64,000 bases of DNA from an uncultured Pseudomonadota bacterium (lineage in GTDB: Bacteria; Myxococcota_A; Polyangia; Fen-1088): positions 192,626 through 256,625 of the forward strand of contig CAWKBC010000047.1 of the NCBI GenBank assembly GCA_963847705.1, written 5' to 3'. A program made the translations under genes and the position numbers. Numbering within the stretch: position 1 is the first letter of the stretch; each line of letters opens with the position of its first letter. Of the stretch, positions 39,612 to 50,900 are shown piece after piece. The notes beneath the pieces were generated by a model. It was not told the origin of the DNA and did not search any database. It worked only from the letters and a program-made list of their open reading frames with translations.

Positions 39612-40082
39612 GGGGCATTAAGCCAACCCTAAGGCAACTTCCATCGATCTGACCCAATCGGGAGCGGGGTCGAAACCCCGGCTCGTCACGATTCAATTTG
39701 AGACTGGAGATCCCCTTGTCGTGGCGTTGCGGGCGGCTTGAGGCGGCCTTCACGACGATCGGCGAATGCTCGCAGGAGACGCATCCGTTTTGGGGGGGGC
39801 GGCCGAAGCCGATGTCACCGCCGCAGTGCGGGCACCTCGAGACGCCTGCATGCGAACGTGGCTGACTCCCGCGAAAGCCGAGTCCAGGCGCGGCCTTCGG
39901 CGCACGTGAGCGCCAGCTCGAAAGGCGTGCCTCTATACTTTTCCGAGTGAACGCGCCCGCTTAGGGCAGCGTGAACTCTGACCCTTTATCTTGCAGTCCC
40001 CAGTCCCTCCGTTCGCCGTCTCGCCCTCTGTTGCAATGAGGGGGTCTGAAGCGTGTGGTTCGAGGGCAGTAGGTGATGGGGC

Positions 40083-40853
40083 TTGGTCGTCGCCTGCGCA
40101 ATCGTGTCAGCGGCGGCTCGGGGTCTGCTGCTCGCCCTGGCGGCAGTGGGTTGCGGAGGCGGTTGTCGACCGGCCGGCGAAGCCTCACCGGACCCGGGCA
40201 AAGGCAAGGTTGCCGCCGGTCAAGCGTTGGTCCCCGACGACCAAGGCCGCGTCGAGCGGTCGACGACCGGGACGACCGGCATTCAGGGCCGCTGGACCGC
40301 CTCAACCGATGCGGCAGATTGCCAGACGAAGGGGAAACACGGCGCGACCGAATGTTCCAGGATCATCACGCCTGATCCCCAGTCGCCGCGTTTTGCTCCC
40401 ACGGGGGATCTCGGGATGTGCATGGTCGCCGTCGCCGCGAAGGTGATTCTTGGATCCGATGGCCACTTCGATTTCGGCAACATCTGGGGGGCGCGCCTCA
40501 CTTTCAGCCTGCAGGACGGCGCCAGCTACGATGCGCCGGCGCACGGCGTGACCGGGTTTGCCTTTCATGTCGACGCCGAACCGCCACCGAGCACACTGCG
40601 GGTCGCCTTGGCGACTGCGATAGCCCCTGCGAATTCCCCCTTTTGGGGAGGGGTCGCCTCAGAGGTGTCACCGGTCCACGCCGGTCACAACGAGTTGAGA
40701 TGGGCCGACGTCGGGGGGCCCATATGGGCGGATCGTCCACCTCGTTTCGATCCGACCCGTCTGATCTCGATCTCATTTGTGGTTCCGGCGGATTCCCACC
40801 GCGCGAAGGCCTTCAGCTTCTGCATCGACCAGCTCACGGCGCTCACGAACTGA
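40083..40853 (+). CDS. Hypothetical lipoprotein, possibly a carbohydrate-binding beta-sandwich
   Basis: Lipobox AVGC; WGA, YDA..HGVTGFAF, FDPTRLISISF, FSFCIDQL. Confidence 0.6.
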   Translation: MVVACAIVSAAARGLLLALAAVGCGGGCRPAGEASPDPGKGKVAAGQALVPDDQGRVERSTTGTTGIQGRWTASTDAADCQTKGKHGATECSRIITPDPQSPRFAPTGDLGMCMVAVAAKVILGSDGHFDFGNIWGARLTFSLQDGASYDAPAHGVTGFAFHVDAEPPPSTLRVALATAIAPANSPFWGGVASEVSPVHAGHNELRWADVGGPIWADRPPRFDPTRLISISFVVPADSHRAKAFSFCIDQLTALTN

Positions 40854-40869
40854 GCCCGGTCTTGCGCGC

Positions 40870-41349
40870 TCAAGGCGCCGGGGCGAAGCGCACTTCGGCA
40901 TTGGATTTGGCGCGAATCACGGCATTGGCGACGCCGATGAGCTGGTTCGTCTCCGCGACCCGCGCGACAATTCGGGTGATTCGGGCGGCATTGATGGGCA
41001 AGTTGATCGCGATGGCCCCGCCCGAATAGGGAGAGTAGCCTCGAGTGACCGTCGCGGCGTCGCCATCCAACCAGGTCAAGGTGACCCTCTTGATGGCGGG
41101 TTGCCCGTTGCAATCGCTGGGAAAGAAGGAGACCGTGGCCCGGGTGGGATTGTAGGTGGTGCCCAGGTTCATCGCCTGCGGTTCCTGCTCGTTCTTTTCT
41201 TCCATCAACACCACGCGACCGACGTCCAGGTCTCCGGTTACCGGCGGCATGGTCAGGTTCACCAAGGTGTCCTGGCGGCCCGGCTTTCGGTATTCGAGGA
41301 ACACCGCCAGAGGGGGTCTGTAGAGCGAGGTATCGATCTTGATGGCCAC
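40870..41349 (-). CDS. Hypothetical protein
   Basis: 159-aa ORF with protein-like composition and GGAAGG upstream. Confidence 0.55.
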   Translation of the reverse strand: MAIKIDTSLYRPPLAVFLEYRKPGRQDTLVNLTMPPVTGDLDVGRVVLMEEKNEQEPQAMNLGTTYNPTRATVSFFPSDCNGQPAIKRVTLTWLDGDAATVTRGYSPYSGGAIAINLPINAARITRIVARVAETNQLIGVANAVIRAKSNAEVRFAPAP

Positions 41350-42437
41350 CTTCCCGTCCTGGGCCGTGATGCCAGCCGCCAGAGGAAACGCGCAACCGCC
41401 GCGCTGACCTCGTCGAGGCTGGCGCCATTCTTCAGACTACGCGACACGAACGAGTGCCTCGTCGCTGCGTACCAGCTGAGACCGACGCCGCAGGCTTTAG
41501 CAGCGTCATCCCAGCACGCCTCCACGTACTCTTTGCGGTAGCCGGTCCACCCAGACGTGCGGCGCCGGTTTTGGGGCTTCGCGGGCGCGAACGGGAACAC
41601 CAAATCGTCAGCCTTGGCGCCATGCAGCCTGCGCCTGGCCAGGTGAAGGTGCAGCACCTCCGAAGCGTCGGCAGGTGCTGGGACCCACTTCGTCTTCCCG
41701 AGCCCGCGCCGGTCTTCCTTCAGCGGTCCGCCATAACTGTGACCAACCAGTACGACTCCCTCGTGTAGGAACTCCAGGTCGCCCATCGTGAGTCCGCATA
41801 CTTCACCGAGTCGCATTCCGGACCGATTCGCCAGATAGAACATAAGCCCCACGACAGGCCCGAGTGCCTTCATCAGCCCGGGGACCTTCCCGTCGTCTTC
41901 GAGCCATTCCCCTATGGCCTTCTGGGCCGGTGAGGGGCGTTTGCCCTGGGGAACCATCTTCACTGGGTTGAACGATGCCTGTCCGCGCTCGATGGCCCAC
42001 GAGAAGAAGCGCGACAGAAGGTTCAACAGGTGCCGTTGGGTCTGGGCAGAAAGCCCAGACGCGCCCAGCTCGTCGATCCAGTCCATGACCAAGGGCAGGT
42101 CGATCTGGTCGATCGTCTGTCCTCCGAACTTGGGGACGAGGTGTTTCTTGACCTTCGAGCGGTCGTCGGCCGCGTTTCGGTTGGCCAGGCTGTCCCGCCA
42201 CGACTCCAGGAGCGGCTTGACGGCGGCTGGAACGACCGCTGGACCCGGGAACGGGTCTCGCCCAGCTGCTAGCTCGCGTTCGACGCGGGCCAGTTCCTGC
42301 TTCGCCTGGAAGTCGTTGATGACGCCCTTCAGCAGGCGATCGGTCTGCGGGCGCTTGTCGTCCACCGCGCGCCCGGTCTCGAAGCGGACGTACCACTTGC
42401 GCGCGCTCCTTGGTCCTCGTCTCCTGAGCGATGCCAT
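41259..42437 (-). pseudogene. Tyrosine integrase with C-terminal catalytic segment lost
   Basis: Arm-binding and SAM-like regions, SGMRLGE, TRHSFVS. After SLDEVSAA the expected LGH...Y is replaced by unrelated sequence. Confidence 0.8.
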
Positions 42438-42549
42438 CAGCTATGCCTCCACAGCATTGAATAGCTAACGGTACCCCCGGTTTTCGTGCAGACCGTGGGA
42501 CGGACGTGGGATGGGTCAGACCGGCTTTTGAGCGGCGGTCGAAATCCTG

Positions 42550-42603
42550 AATAAAATCAGCGGGGTGGACGGGACTTGAACCCGCGGCCTCCGGCGTGAC
42601 AGG
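42550..42603 (-). repeat. att-like direct repeat copy 2 (3' part of tRNA-Asp)
   Basis: aataaaatcagcggggtggacgggacttgaacccgcggcctccggcgtgacagg; again no tRNA 5' half. Confidence 0.9.
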
Positions 42604-42829
42604 CCTTCAAAACCGTTATCCGTCGTGATCCCTTGGTATCGAAAGTGCCCAAGTGATCGTGGAATCGCAAGGAAAACCCCGTTGGCGATGTCTCGACCGA
42701 TCACGGCAGGCCACGCATCCGTCACTACAAAATCACTACGTAACTGAAAGTGCTTCTCAATACGGTGGCTGTCGGGACAATCTTCTTCTGCCGCAGCTGC
42801 TTGGGTCTCCGGGACTGCTGACTTGTCCA

Positions 42830-44224
42830 CTAGGAAGTCCGGGCCGGTCGCGCGGGATGCACGGCGTCCGCGCACACAGGGCAGGACTTTCCGACGACGG
42901 TCCGAGCTCGAATCGGTGCCCGCCACCCGTGCCCGAGTGGGCAGCGCCACCAAGCCGGCTGGTCGGAAGTCGCAATGACTGTGGCGGGGGTTGCACCACG
43001 GTTGCGCATACGGTCCCATTCGTCGGCGATCCTCGGATACAGCTTGGCGAGGGAGTTCGTGACGCTGACCCTGCGGTTGTCGCAGAACGGGCAGGACGCG
43101 TTCGTGCGCACCGTTTGGGCCACGGGCGCCTGCCACTGATGGTCGGGACCGCGCGGGCACCGCCACCAGACGGTCTCCTTCGACCACCGCATGACCTGCC
43201 GGGGCGAGAGCCGTGGGTTCCGCGCTCGATTCCACCGGGCCGCCACCCGGGGGTGTGTCGTCGCGAGACAGTTCGTGATCGAGACCTGCCTGTTATTGCA
43301 GAAGGGGCACCCTTTCGTTTGCTTCGCGCTCTGCACCCTTCGGCTCCATTCGTGGTCGGGACCCTGGTCGCACTTCCACCACACGAGGCGCGGCGATCCG
43401 GGAAGGACGTCTGTCGGTCGAAGGCTGCCATTCTTAGTCGAGTGCCAGAACCGGGCGAGGTCTGGTCGCCGTCGTGCGAGGTTGTTGTCGGCGCACGGGT
43501 AGCGTCCCGAGCAGAACGGGCAGCCGTAGCCTCCGCTGGTCCTCTGACTGACAGTCGTCCGCCACACGTGATCCGTGCCCTTCGGGCATTTCCACCAGAT
43601 GGGCTTGTCCGATGCCGAGACGATTCCGCCGGGTCGAAGCTTGCCGTTCTTCGTCGGATGCCACTGCCGCGCGACCGCCGGAAACCTCGTGGCCAAGCTG
43701 TTGGTCCGGCTAACCCATGTCCCCCGGCAGAACGGACACCCGTGCCCGTTCGACCGCTGCACCACCGGCGATTTCCACTCGTGGTCCGCGCCTTTGGGGC
43801 ACTTCCACCAGACGCGCTGGTGCGAACCGGCGACGACCTTTTCTGGGCGGAGCGCGCCGTTGCGGGTCGGATGCCACTGCCGGCTCAGTGCAGGGAATCG
43901 GCGCGCGAGGCTGTTCGTCACACTGACCTTGAGTCCGCGGCAGAACGGACAGCCTTTCCCCTGGGAGCGCTGTAGGACCGTCGCCTGCCACTCGTGGTCG
44001 CGACCCTTCGGGCACTTCCACCAGACTCGGATGTGGCTCCCTCCAGTCACGTAGGATGGGGTCAGGTCGCCGTTCTTGCGTCTTTGCCATTGAGCAGCCG
44101 CGACGGGAAACAGCTCGGCGAGCGAACCGCCTGGTTTGGGTTTGCGGTGCGAAAGGGTCGTCATGACCGTCGCGGCCAACTCCGCTTGAGGCGGGAGGGA
44201 GAGGCTGTGTTTCGTGAGCCTCAC
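42830..44224 (-). CDS. Zinc-ribbon repeat protein (DUF4379-like)
   Basis: Six repeats of WHPTKNG...WWKCPKG.DHEW...GCPFC. Confidence 0.88.
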   Translation of the reverse strand: MRLTKHSLSLPPQAELAATVMTTLSHRKPKPGGSLAELFPVAAAQWQRRKNGDLTPSYVTGGSHIRVWWKCPKGRDHEWQATVLQRSQGKGCPFCRGLKVSVTNSLARRFPALSRQWHPTRNGALRPEKVVAGSHQRVWWKCPKGADHEWKSPVVQRSNGHGCPFCRGTWVSRTNSLATRFPAVARQWHPTKNGKLRPGGIVSASDKPIWWKCPKGTDHVWRTTVSQRTSGGYGCPFCSGRYPCADNNLARRRPDLARFWHSTKNGSLRPTDVLPGSPRLVWWKCDQGPDHEWSRRVQSAKQTKGCPFCNNRQVSITNCLATTHPRVAARWNRARNPRLSPRQVMRWSKETVWWRCPRGPDHQWQAPVAQTVRTNASCPFCDNRRVSVTNSLAKLYPRIADEWDRMRNRGATPATVIATSDQPAWWRCPLGHGWRAPIRARTVVGKSCPVCADAVHPARPARTS

Positions 44225-44565
44225 CTATCAAGAGTGTGCGAGCGAACGAGGCCATCGAGGACGGCCGCTGCGTGAAGGGACAGCTTCACAAACCTGACGC
44301 CCATTCCGTGGCCCTCCGAGGGGTGAGGGCCGTTGTACGGGCCGGGAAGCCACCGCACCTCAGCGTTTACGAAGTGGGTTTCGTCCCAGTCGGGCAACGC
44401 GAGGTGGAGCGAGACTCGTTGCCCAACAGGCGCGGGCTCGCTTGTGGCGACGAAGACCCCACCGAGACTGATGTTGCGTGTCTCGGCGGTGACCCGTTTC
44501 CCGGCGAGGGCGAGGATGACTGGAACTCGCAGCTCGATGCGACCCCGACGCGTCACGAACGACAT
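44221..44565 (-). CDS. PilZ-domain protein
   Basis: RRGRIELRVPV, TRNISLGGVFV, AEVRW, GMGVRF; GTGA overlap with the zinc-ribbon gene. Confidence 0.85.
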   Translation of the reverse strand: MSFVTRRGRIELRVPVILALAGKRVTAETRNISLGGVFVATSEPAPVGQRVSLHLALPDWDETHFVNAEVRWLPGPYNGPHPSEGHGMGVRFVKLSLHAAAVLDGLVRSHTLDR

Positions 44566-44998
44566 GCGCCTGCCAGACTAGCTGGGTCCGGAAACGGCGC
44601 CAATGGAACACTCTATCCCCACTCACAGGAGTTCCATCCGAGCCTGCTCGGTCCAATCCGAACGGCGCCGACCAGTTTCGAAACTCGGTCCGAGTTAGAC
44701 GGCGCGGGAGTCTACGGACTTGTGACTCCAAGTCGCCAAGAAGGCGCAAATCACTTTAGAGCGACCCGGTTGCGAAACCGAAACCGTGGTGATGCCCACC
44801 CATCGCTCTGCGAGGCGGGCGGCAGCGCGATCTTTTTCGTCGACGGAAATCTGCCAAGGGTTTAGCAGATGCGTGCCGGAGTGCAGGTTCGCACGACGAT
44901 GAAACAAATCGTTAGTTGACTTCCTGATTGCCAATCTGTCCAATGGCCGCGTTTCGAGGTTCTAGTAAGTCGGACAACGTTCGTGTCGGAGGAGCACC

Positions 44999-47900
44999 TT
45001 GGCGAAGCGGTCGGGTTTGTTGCGAGGTCGGAGTCACCAGTTGGCGAACTCTGGATGCGGGAAGCACAGGAAGAGGGTGCGCTCCGACTGGTCCGGGATG
45101 GCGCTCGCAGCGTTGACTGTTGCGGCGATAGCGGCCTGTCAGAACCGTGACTCGCGTAACCTCGGAGGTGTCGCGGTCGAGACACAGGCCTCGGCTCCCG
45201 CGAACGTCACGACAGCGAGCGCAAGTCAGATTCTTGCGGCGGTTCAGGCGCAGCCCGCTTCGCCCGTGCAGCCGGCTGTTGCTCAAGGGTTCGCCAGTGC
45301 TGCGGGAGGGTTGCGCCCGCAGTTCTCAGCGTCGGCGGTAGCGACGGAGCCGAAGCCGGCCAATGTGGTGTTGCCGCAACTTTGTACGGCAGCCCTGCAT
45401 TTGGCGGATGTGGCGAGCGGCGCTGCCGTCGACATCTCGCTGAACGGAGCGCTACCGGTGGCCGCCCAGACGGTCGGTGGGTACGTTGTTTATCCCAATG
45501 CCTTTGGTTTGAGCGGGACGGTCCTGCATCGGGCTCTCCCGAGCGGCAGCGAAGACTTCATCGACCTGCCGACACGTCCGGCGACGCCCGAGGTCGACTA
45601 CAGCGTTGCGCTCGGAACCGGCATCGCGGGGCTCCGGCTCGTTTCGGGGACACTCGAGATGCTCGACGCCGGTGGCGTGCCCCGTCTGCACGTCCCGCCG
45701 CCGTACATCGTGGGCGCCGACGGCACTCGCACCGACGGCGCGCTGGCCGTCAGCGGCTGCGCAGTCGACAGCGATCCGAGCGGCCCGTGGGGGCGTCCGG
45801 TCACCGCGCCCGGCGCTTCGAACTGCACGGTGCAGGTCACCTGGCCCGATGCGTCGGTAGTTTATCCGGCAATTCTGGACCCGCGCTGGACGACGACCGG
45901 CTCGATGGGGTCGCGCGCTTCGAGCACACGCTGCTGCTGCTCTCGACGGGGAAAGCCATCGCGGCAGGCGGACGCAGCTCGACCACCGGGACCACTGGGC
46001 TGACGAGCGCCGAGCTTTACGATCCGACGAGCGGCACCTGGTCGCCGACCGGGAGCATGGCCAACGCACGGCGCTTGCACACCATGACGCAGCTCGGAAG
46101 CTCGTCGAACGGCACGACGAGTGGCAAGGTATTGGTCGCCGGCGGGATCAGCGGCACGACGAGCACGAACAGCGCGGAGCTCTACTCGCCGAGCGCAGGA
46201 ACGTGGATCGCCGCCGGGAACCTGGACGTCGCCCGGCACGCCCACACTGCGACTTTGCTGGCTGACGGCCGCGTGCTGGCCGCCGGTGGCCTCAACGGCA
46301 CCTCGATGCTGACGACCGCGGCACTCTACAACCCGGCCTCGGGCGCGGGGACCTGGGTCTCGACCACGGGGCCGGTTCCGCCGGGTGGCATCAAGAACCA
46401 TACGGCGACGCTGATCCAGACCACGAACACGCAGCTCAACAACCACGTGCTCCTCGTCGGCGGCAACAACGGCACCTCGACGATCTCGGCGGTGTATCTG
46501 TTCGACCCGGTCCAGAACGCCTTCAGCACGCTGGCGTCGATCCCGAGCCCCCCGCGCGAGCAACACACGGCGGTCACGCTGACGAATACCAACGGCAAGA
46601 TCTTGGTGGCCGGGGGTAAGAACGGCTCGACCGTGCTGGCGAGCGCGATTGTGTTCGACCCCAGCTTCAGCAACGGGACCTGGTCATCGGCCGGGACGAT
46701 GAACTCGCCGCGCGTGGGTCATTCGATGACCCAGCTTCCGAGCAGCATCGTGGCGAACGGACAGCTGCTGGTGGCGGGGGGATCGTCGACGGGTAGCGAC
46801 ACGCTGGCGTCGGCGGAGCTGTTCAGTGGGACGTCGACCTGGACGGTGACGCCCTCGATGCCGGGCCCCTTGCAGAACCAGCAGGCCGTGCTGCTGGGGG
46901 GCAACATGGTGCTCGTCGCCGGCGGGCTTTCGACGACCGGCACCGTGCAGAACGCCGCGTATCTGTACGACGCCTCCTTCGGTCTTGGGTGCACCACGAA
47001 CAGCCAGTGCTCTTCGGGATTTTGCTCCGCCGGGATCTGTTGCAACACCGCCTGTAGCGGAACCTGCGGGGCCTGCAACCTGGCCGGCCACCTTGGCACG
47101 TGTACGGCTCTGACCAGCGGGACGGTTTGTCGGGCGGCGGCTGGCGCCTGTGACGTCGCGGAGACGTGCGACGGCACTGCGTTGACCTGCCCGGCCGATG
47201 CCCTCGCTCCGTCGACCACGGTCTGCCGGGCGGCTGCCGGTGAGTGCGACGCAGCGGAGACCTGCACCGGCACCTCGGCGAGCTGCCCAGCCGATAGCAA
47301 GAAAGCGAGCGGGACCGCCTGCACCGACGACGGCAACCCCTGCACGCAGGACACGTGCGACGGCAGCGCCATCACCTGCCAGCATCCGGTAGGGAATGCA
47401 GGGACCGTCTGCCGCGCCTCGGCGGGGGCCTGCGACGTGGCGGAGACCTGCACCGGGACGAGCGCGACCTGTCCCGCCGACGGATTTGCGACGGCTTCGA
47501 CCGTCTGCCGGGCCGCGGGCGGTGAGTGCGATCTGGCCGAAACGTGCACCGGCACGTCGGCGAGCTGCCCCGCGGACAGCAAGAAGACAAGCGGCACCGC
47601 CTGCACGGACGACGGAAACGTCTGCACCAAGGACCAGTGCGACGGCAGCAACGTCCTCTGCCAGCATCCAGCCGGAAACGCGGGCACGGTCTGCCGCGGG
47701 TCGACGGGCATCTGCGACGTGGCGGAGGTCTGTACCGGGACGAGCACGACCTGTCCCGCCGACGGGAAGGCTCCGAACGGGACGACGTGCAGTGATGGCA
47801 ACGCCTGCACGACGGGAGACAGCTGCCAGAGCGGGACCTGCACTGGAACCGCGGTGACCTGCACGGCCCAGGACCAGTGCCACACGGCCGGGACCTGCAA

Positions 47901-50900
47901 TCCGTCGACGGGCGTCTGCTCGAACCCGGTCCTGGCGAACGGCACGACCTGCAGCGACGGAAACGCCTGCACGACGGGAGACAGCTGCCAGAGCGGGACC
48001 TGCACCGGAACCGCGGTGACCTGCACGGCCCAGGACCAGTGCCACTCGGCCGGGACGTGCAACCAGTCGACGGGCGTCTGCTCGAACCCGGTCCTCGCCA
48101 ACGGGACGACGTGCAGCGACGGCAACGCTTGCACGACCGGCGACAGCTGCCAGAGTGGGACCTGCACCGGAACCGCGGTGACGTGCACGGCGCAAGACCA
48201 GTGCCACTCCGCGGGGACGTGCAACCAGTCGACGGGTGTCTGCTCGAACCCGGTCCTGGCGAACGGGACGACCTGCAGCGACGGCAACGCGTGCACGACC
48301 GGAGACAGCTGCCAGAGCGGGACCTGCACCGGAACCGCGGTGACGTGCACGGCCCAGGACCAATGCCACTCGGCCGGGACGTGCAACCAGTCGACGGGCG
48401 TCTGCTCGAACCCGGTTCTCGCGAACGGGACGACGTGCAGCGACGGCAACGCCTGCACGACCGGAGACAGCTGCCAGAGCGGAACCTGCACCGGAACCGC
48501 GGTGACCTGCACGGCGCAAGACCAGTGCCACTCGGCCGGGACGTGCAACCAGTCGACGGGCGTCTGCTCGAACCCGGTCCTGGCGAACGGCACGACCTGC
48601 AGCGACGGAAACGCCTGCACGACCGGAGACAGCTGCCAGAGCGGGACCTGCACCGGAACCGCGGTGACCTGCACGGCCCAGGACCAGTGCCACTCGGCCG
48701 GGACGTGCAACCAGTCGACGGGCGTCTGCTCGAACCCGCCCGTGGCGAACGGGACGACGTGCAACGACAACAACGCCTGCACGACGGCCGACTCCTGCCA
48801 GAGCGGAACTTGCACTGGAACCACGGTGACGTGCACGGCGCAGGATCAGTGCCACGCAGCCGGGACCTGTGACCCGTCGAGCGGGCTCTGCACGAATCCG
48901 ACGAAATCCAACGGCGCGAGCTGCGACGACGGCAACGCCTGCACCACCGGCGACAGCTGTCAGGCGGGAAGCTGCGTGTCGGGCACGTCGACGTGCGTCG
49001 CGCTCACGGTGACGCAGACCGACGAGGGATTTGGTACCGCCGTCCAGTTCGACGCGGGCAACAGCTTTTCAGCGAGCGTGCCGAGCGCCGTTCCAGGGGA
49101 TTCGGTCACGTTCACCGTCACCCTCACCAACACCGGCGCGTTCATGCGGGCCAACGCCGGCATGCAGGTCACGAACAACGGGACGGTGCCATTCGTCTGG
49201 GGGAGCTACCAGGTCACGATGGAGTACCAGTCGCCGGTCACCGGTGAATGGACCGCCATCGCCAAGACCTCGTTCGACGCCAGCGGCGTCCAGAGCGACG
49301 CTCCGCCGCTGCTCCACATGAACATCGACAACTTCGTCGGCACCACCATCGCGCCGAACCAGACCGTGAACCTGGATTCGACCGAAAACGTGACCCTCCC
49401 GGCCGACCTGATCAACCTCCTCGGTGACCCGGCGGAGGTCAGTCAGGTCCGGGTCGAGCTGCACATCGACACGGGCTCCGGAACATCAGGCGTCACCGCG
49501 GACCGCGACATCACCGGCTCCTTCACGGACGGCCAGACGACCGCCACCAATTTCGGCTCGGGAGTGATGGGCTTTGCAAGCAATGACGTGACTATCAGCG
49601 TTCCGCTCACGCCGAGCACGACCGTGGTCCCCCCAGGGGAAGCTGTCACGTTCACCGGGACGGCCGCGGCGCCGCCGCTGGACCCCCGCCAGCCGGACGA
49701 ATCCGACTTCCAGTACCTCCGCCGCCTCCCGGGCAGCGGGTACGAGGCGCTGCTTCACCTCGATACGTTCTTCACCGGAAACGATCGCATCTTTTTCGCG
49801 CTCCTCGATCCGGTCCTCAATCTACAGAAGTCGGGTCCCGCGCAGGGGAACGCCGGGTTCACTCTGCCGTATACGGTCGCGCTCAAGAACGTCGGAACGG
49901 CGACCGCAGGGCCGATCACCATCGTCGACCTGGTGAACGGCATCGACGTCGGCGCGCAGGTCACGGCGCCTGCTTCGCTCGCGATAGGTGGCAGCGGCAC
50001 GGCCAGCGTCAATGCCGCCAGCCCGCTCGGTCAGGCGCCGGGCGCTTACACGGATCAGGCGTCGCTGACCTGGAAGGATCGCAACGGCACCGTCTACGGT
50101 CCGATTTCGAGTACCTTCACGACGAACCTCGCGGCTGGTCATCCGGAGGGCTACCTGTCGCTGGTCGCGACGGGGGTCGGCGGGCCGCAGATCATCGGTA
50201 CGCCGGTCACGCTGACGGCGACGGCCTTGGACGCGCTCGGCCACCCGGTGGCGAACCTTCCCGTGCAGCTGGCGATCGCGGGCTCGAACGCCCAGAGCAC
50301 CACGCTGGTGACCGGCAGCGACGGCACCGCGTCGTTCACCTACGACGGCCCGACGCTGGGCCGCGACACGGCGACCGCGACGGCCGTGATCAACGGGCCG
50401 ACCGTGCAGGCGACCGCGCCCACCTACACCTGGGCGTCGTCGGACGGGCCGCCGTGCACGGGCCGCACGACGCCGCTCGACGTGATGCTGCTGGTCGACG
50501 GCTCGCCCTCGATGTTCACCAACGACACCGTGGCGGCGGCGCAGGTCGCGGCGGATGGTTTCGTCGGCGATCTGAACCCGGACCTCGATCAGGTCGCGGC
50601 GGTGTTCTTCAACTTCGACGCCGAGCTGGCGGTGCCGTTCACTTCGGACGCAGCGACGGCCGACGCAGGGATCAACCAGGCGTTCGTGGACTTTGCCAAT
50701 GCCTGCGGCGGCTTCTGTCCCCCGGACAGCACCGACTACCCGAGCGGCTTTCAGACGGCGATCGACGAGCTCCAGGGGCCTCGCCACCGCCCCGGGGCCA
50801 CGCCGCTGATGGTGTTCCTGTCGGACGGGGGCAACACCGGCGCCGATCCTTCGCCCTACGTCGCGCAGCTGAGGGCGGCCGGCGTTCGGATCATCTCCCT

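Larger units (their letters stand above)
39260..42603. mobile_element. 3.3-kb defective integrative element at tRNA-Asp att
   Basis: Bounded by 54-bp direct repeats; excisionase at one end and integrase at the other. Confidence 0.82.

Noticed and set aside
39260-42603. Two functional tRNA-Asp genes
   Set aside because: Both copies stop at the anticodon arm and lack the D-arm and 5' acceptor strand; they are att fragments.
46684-48855. Long antisense ORFs (723 and 705 aa)
   Set aside because: Shadows of the Cys-rich RHS repeats.
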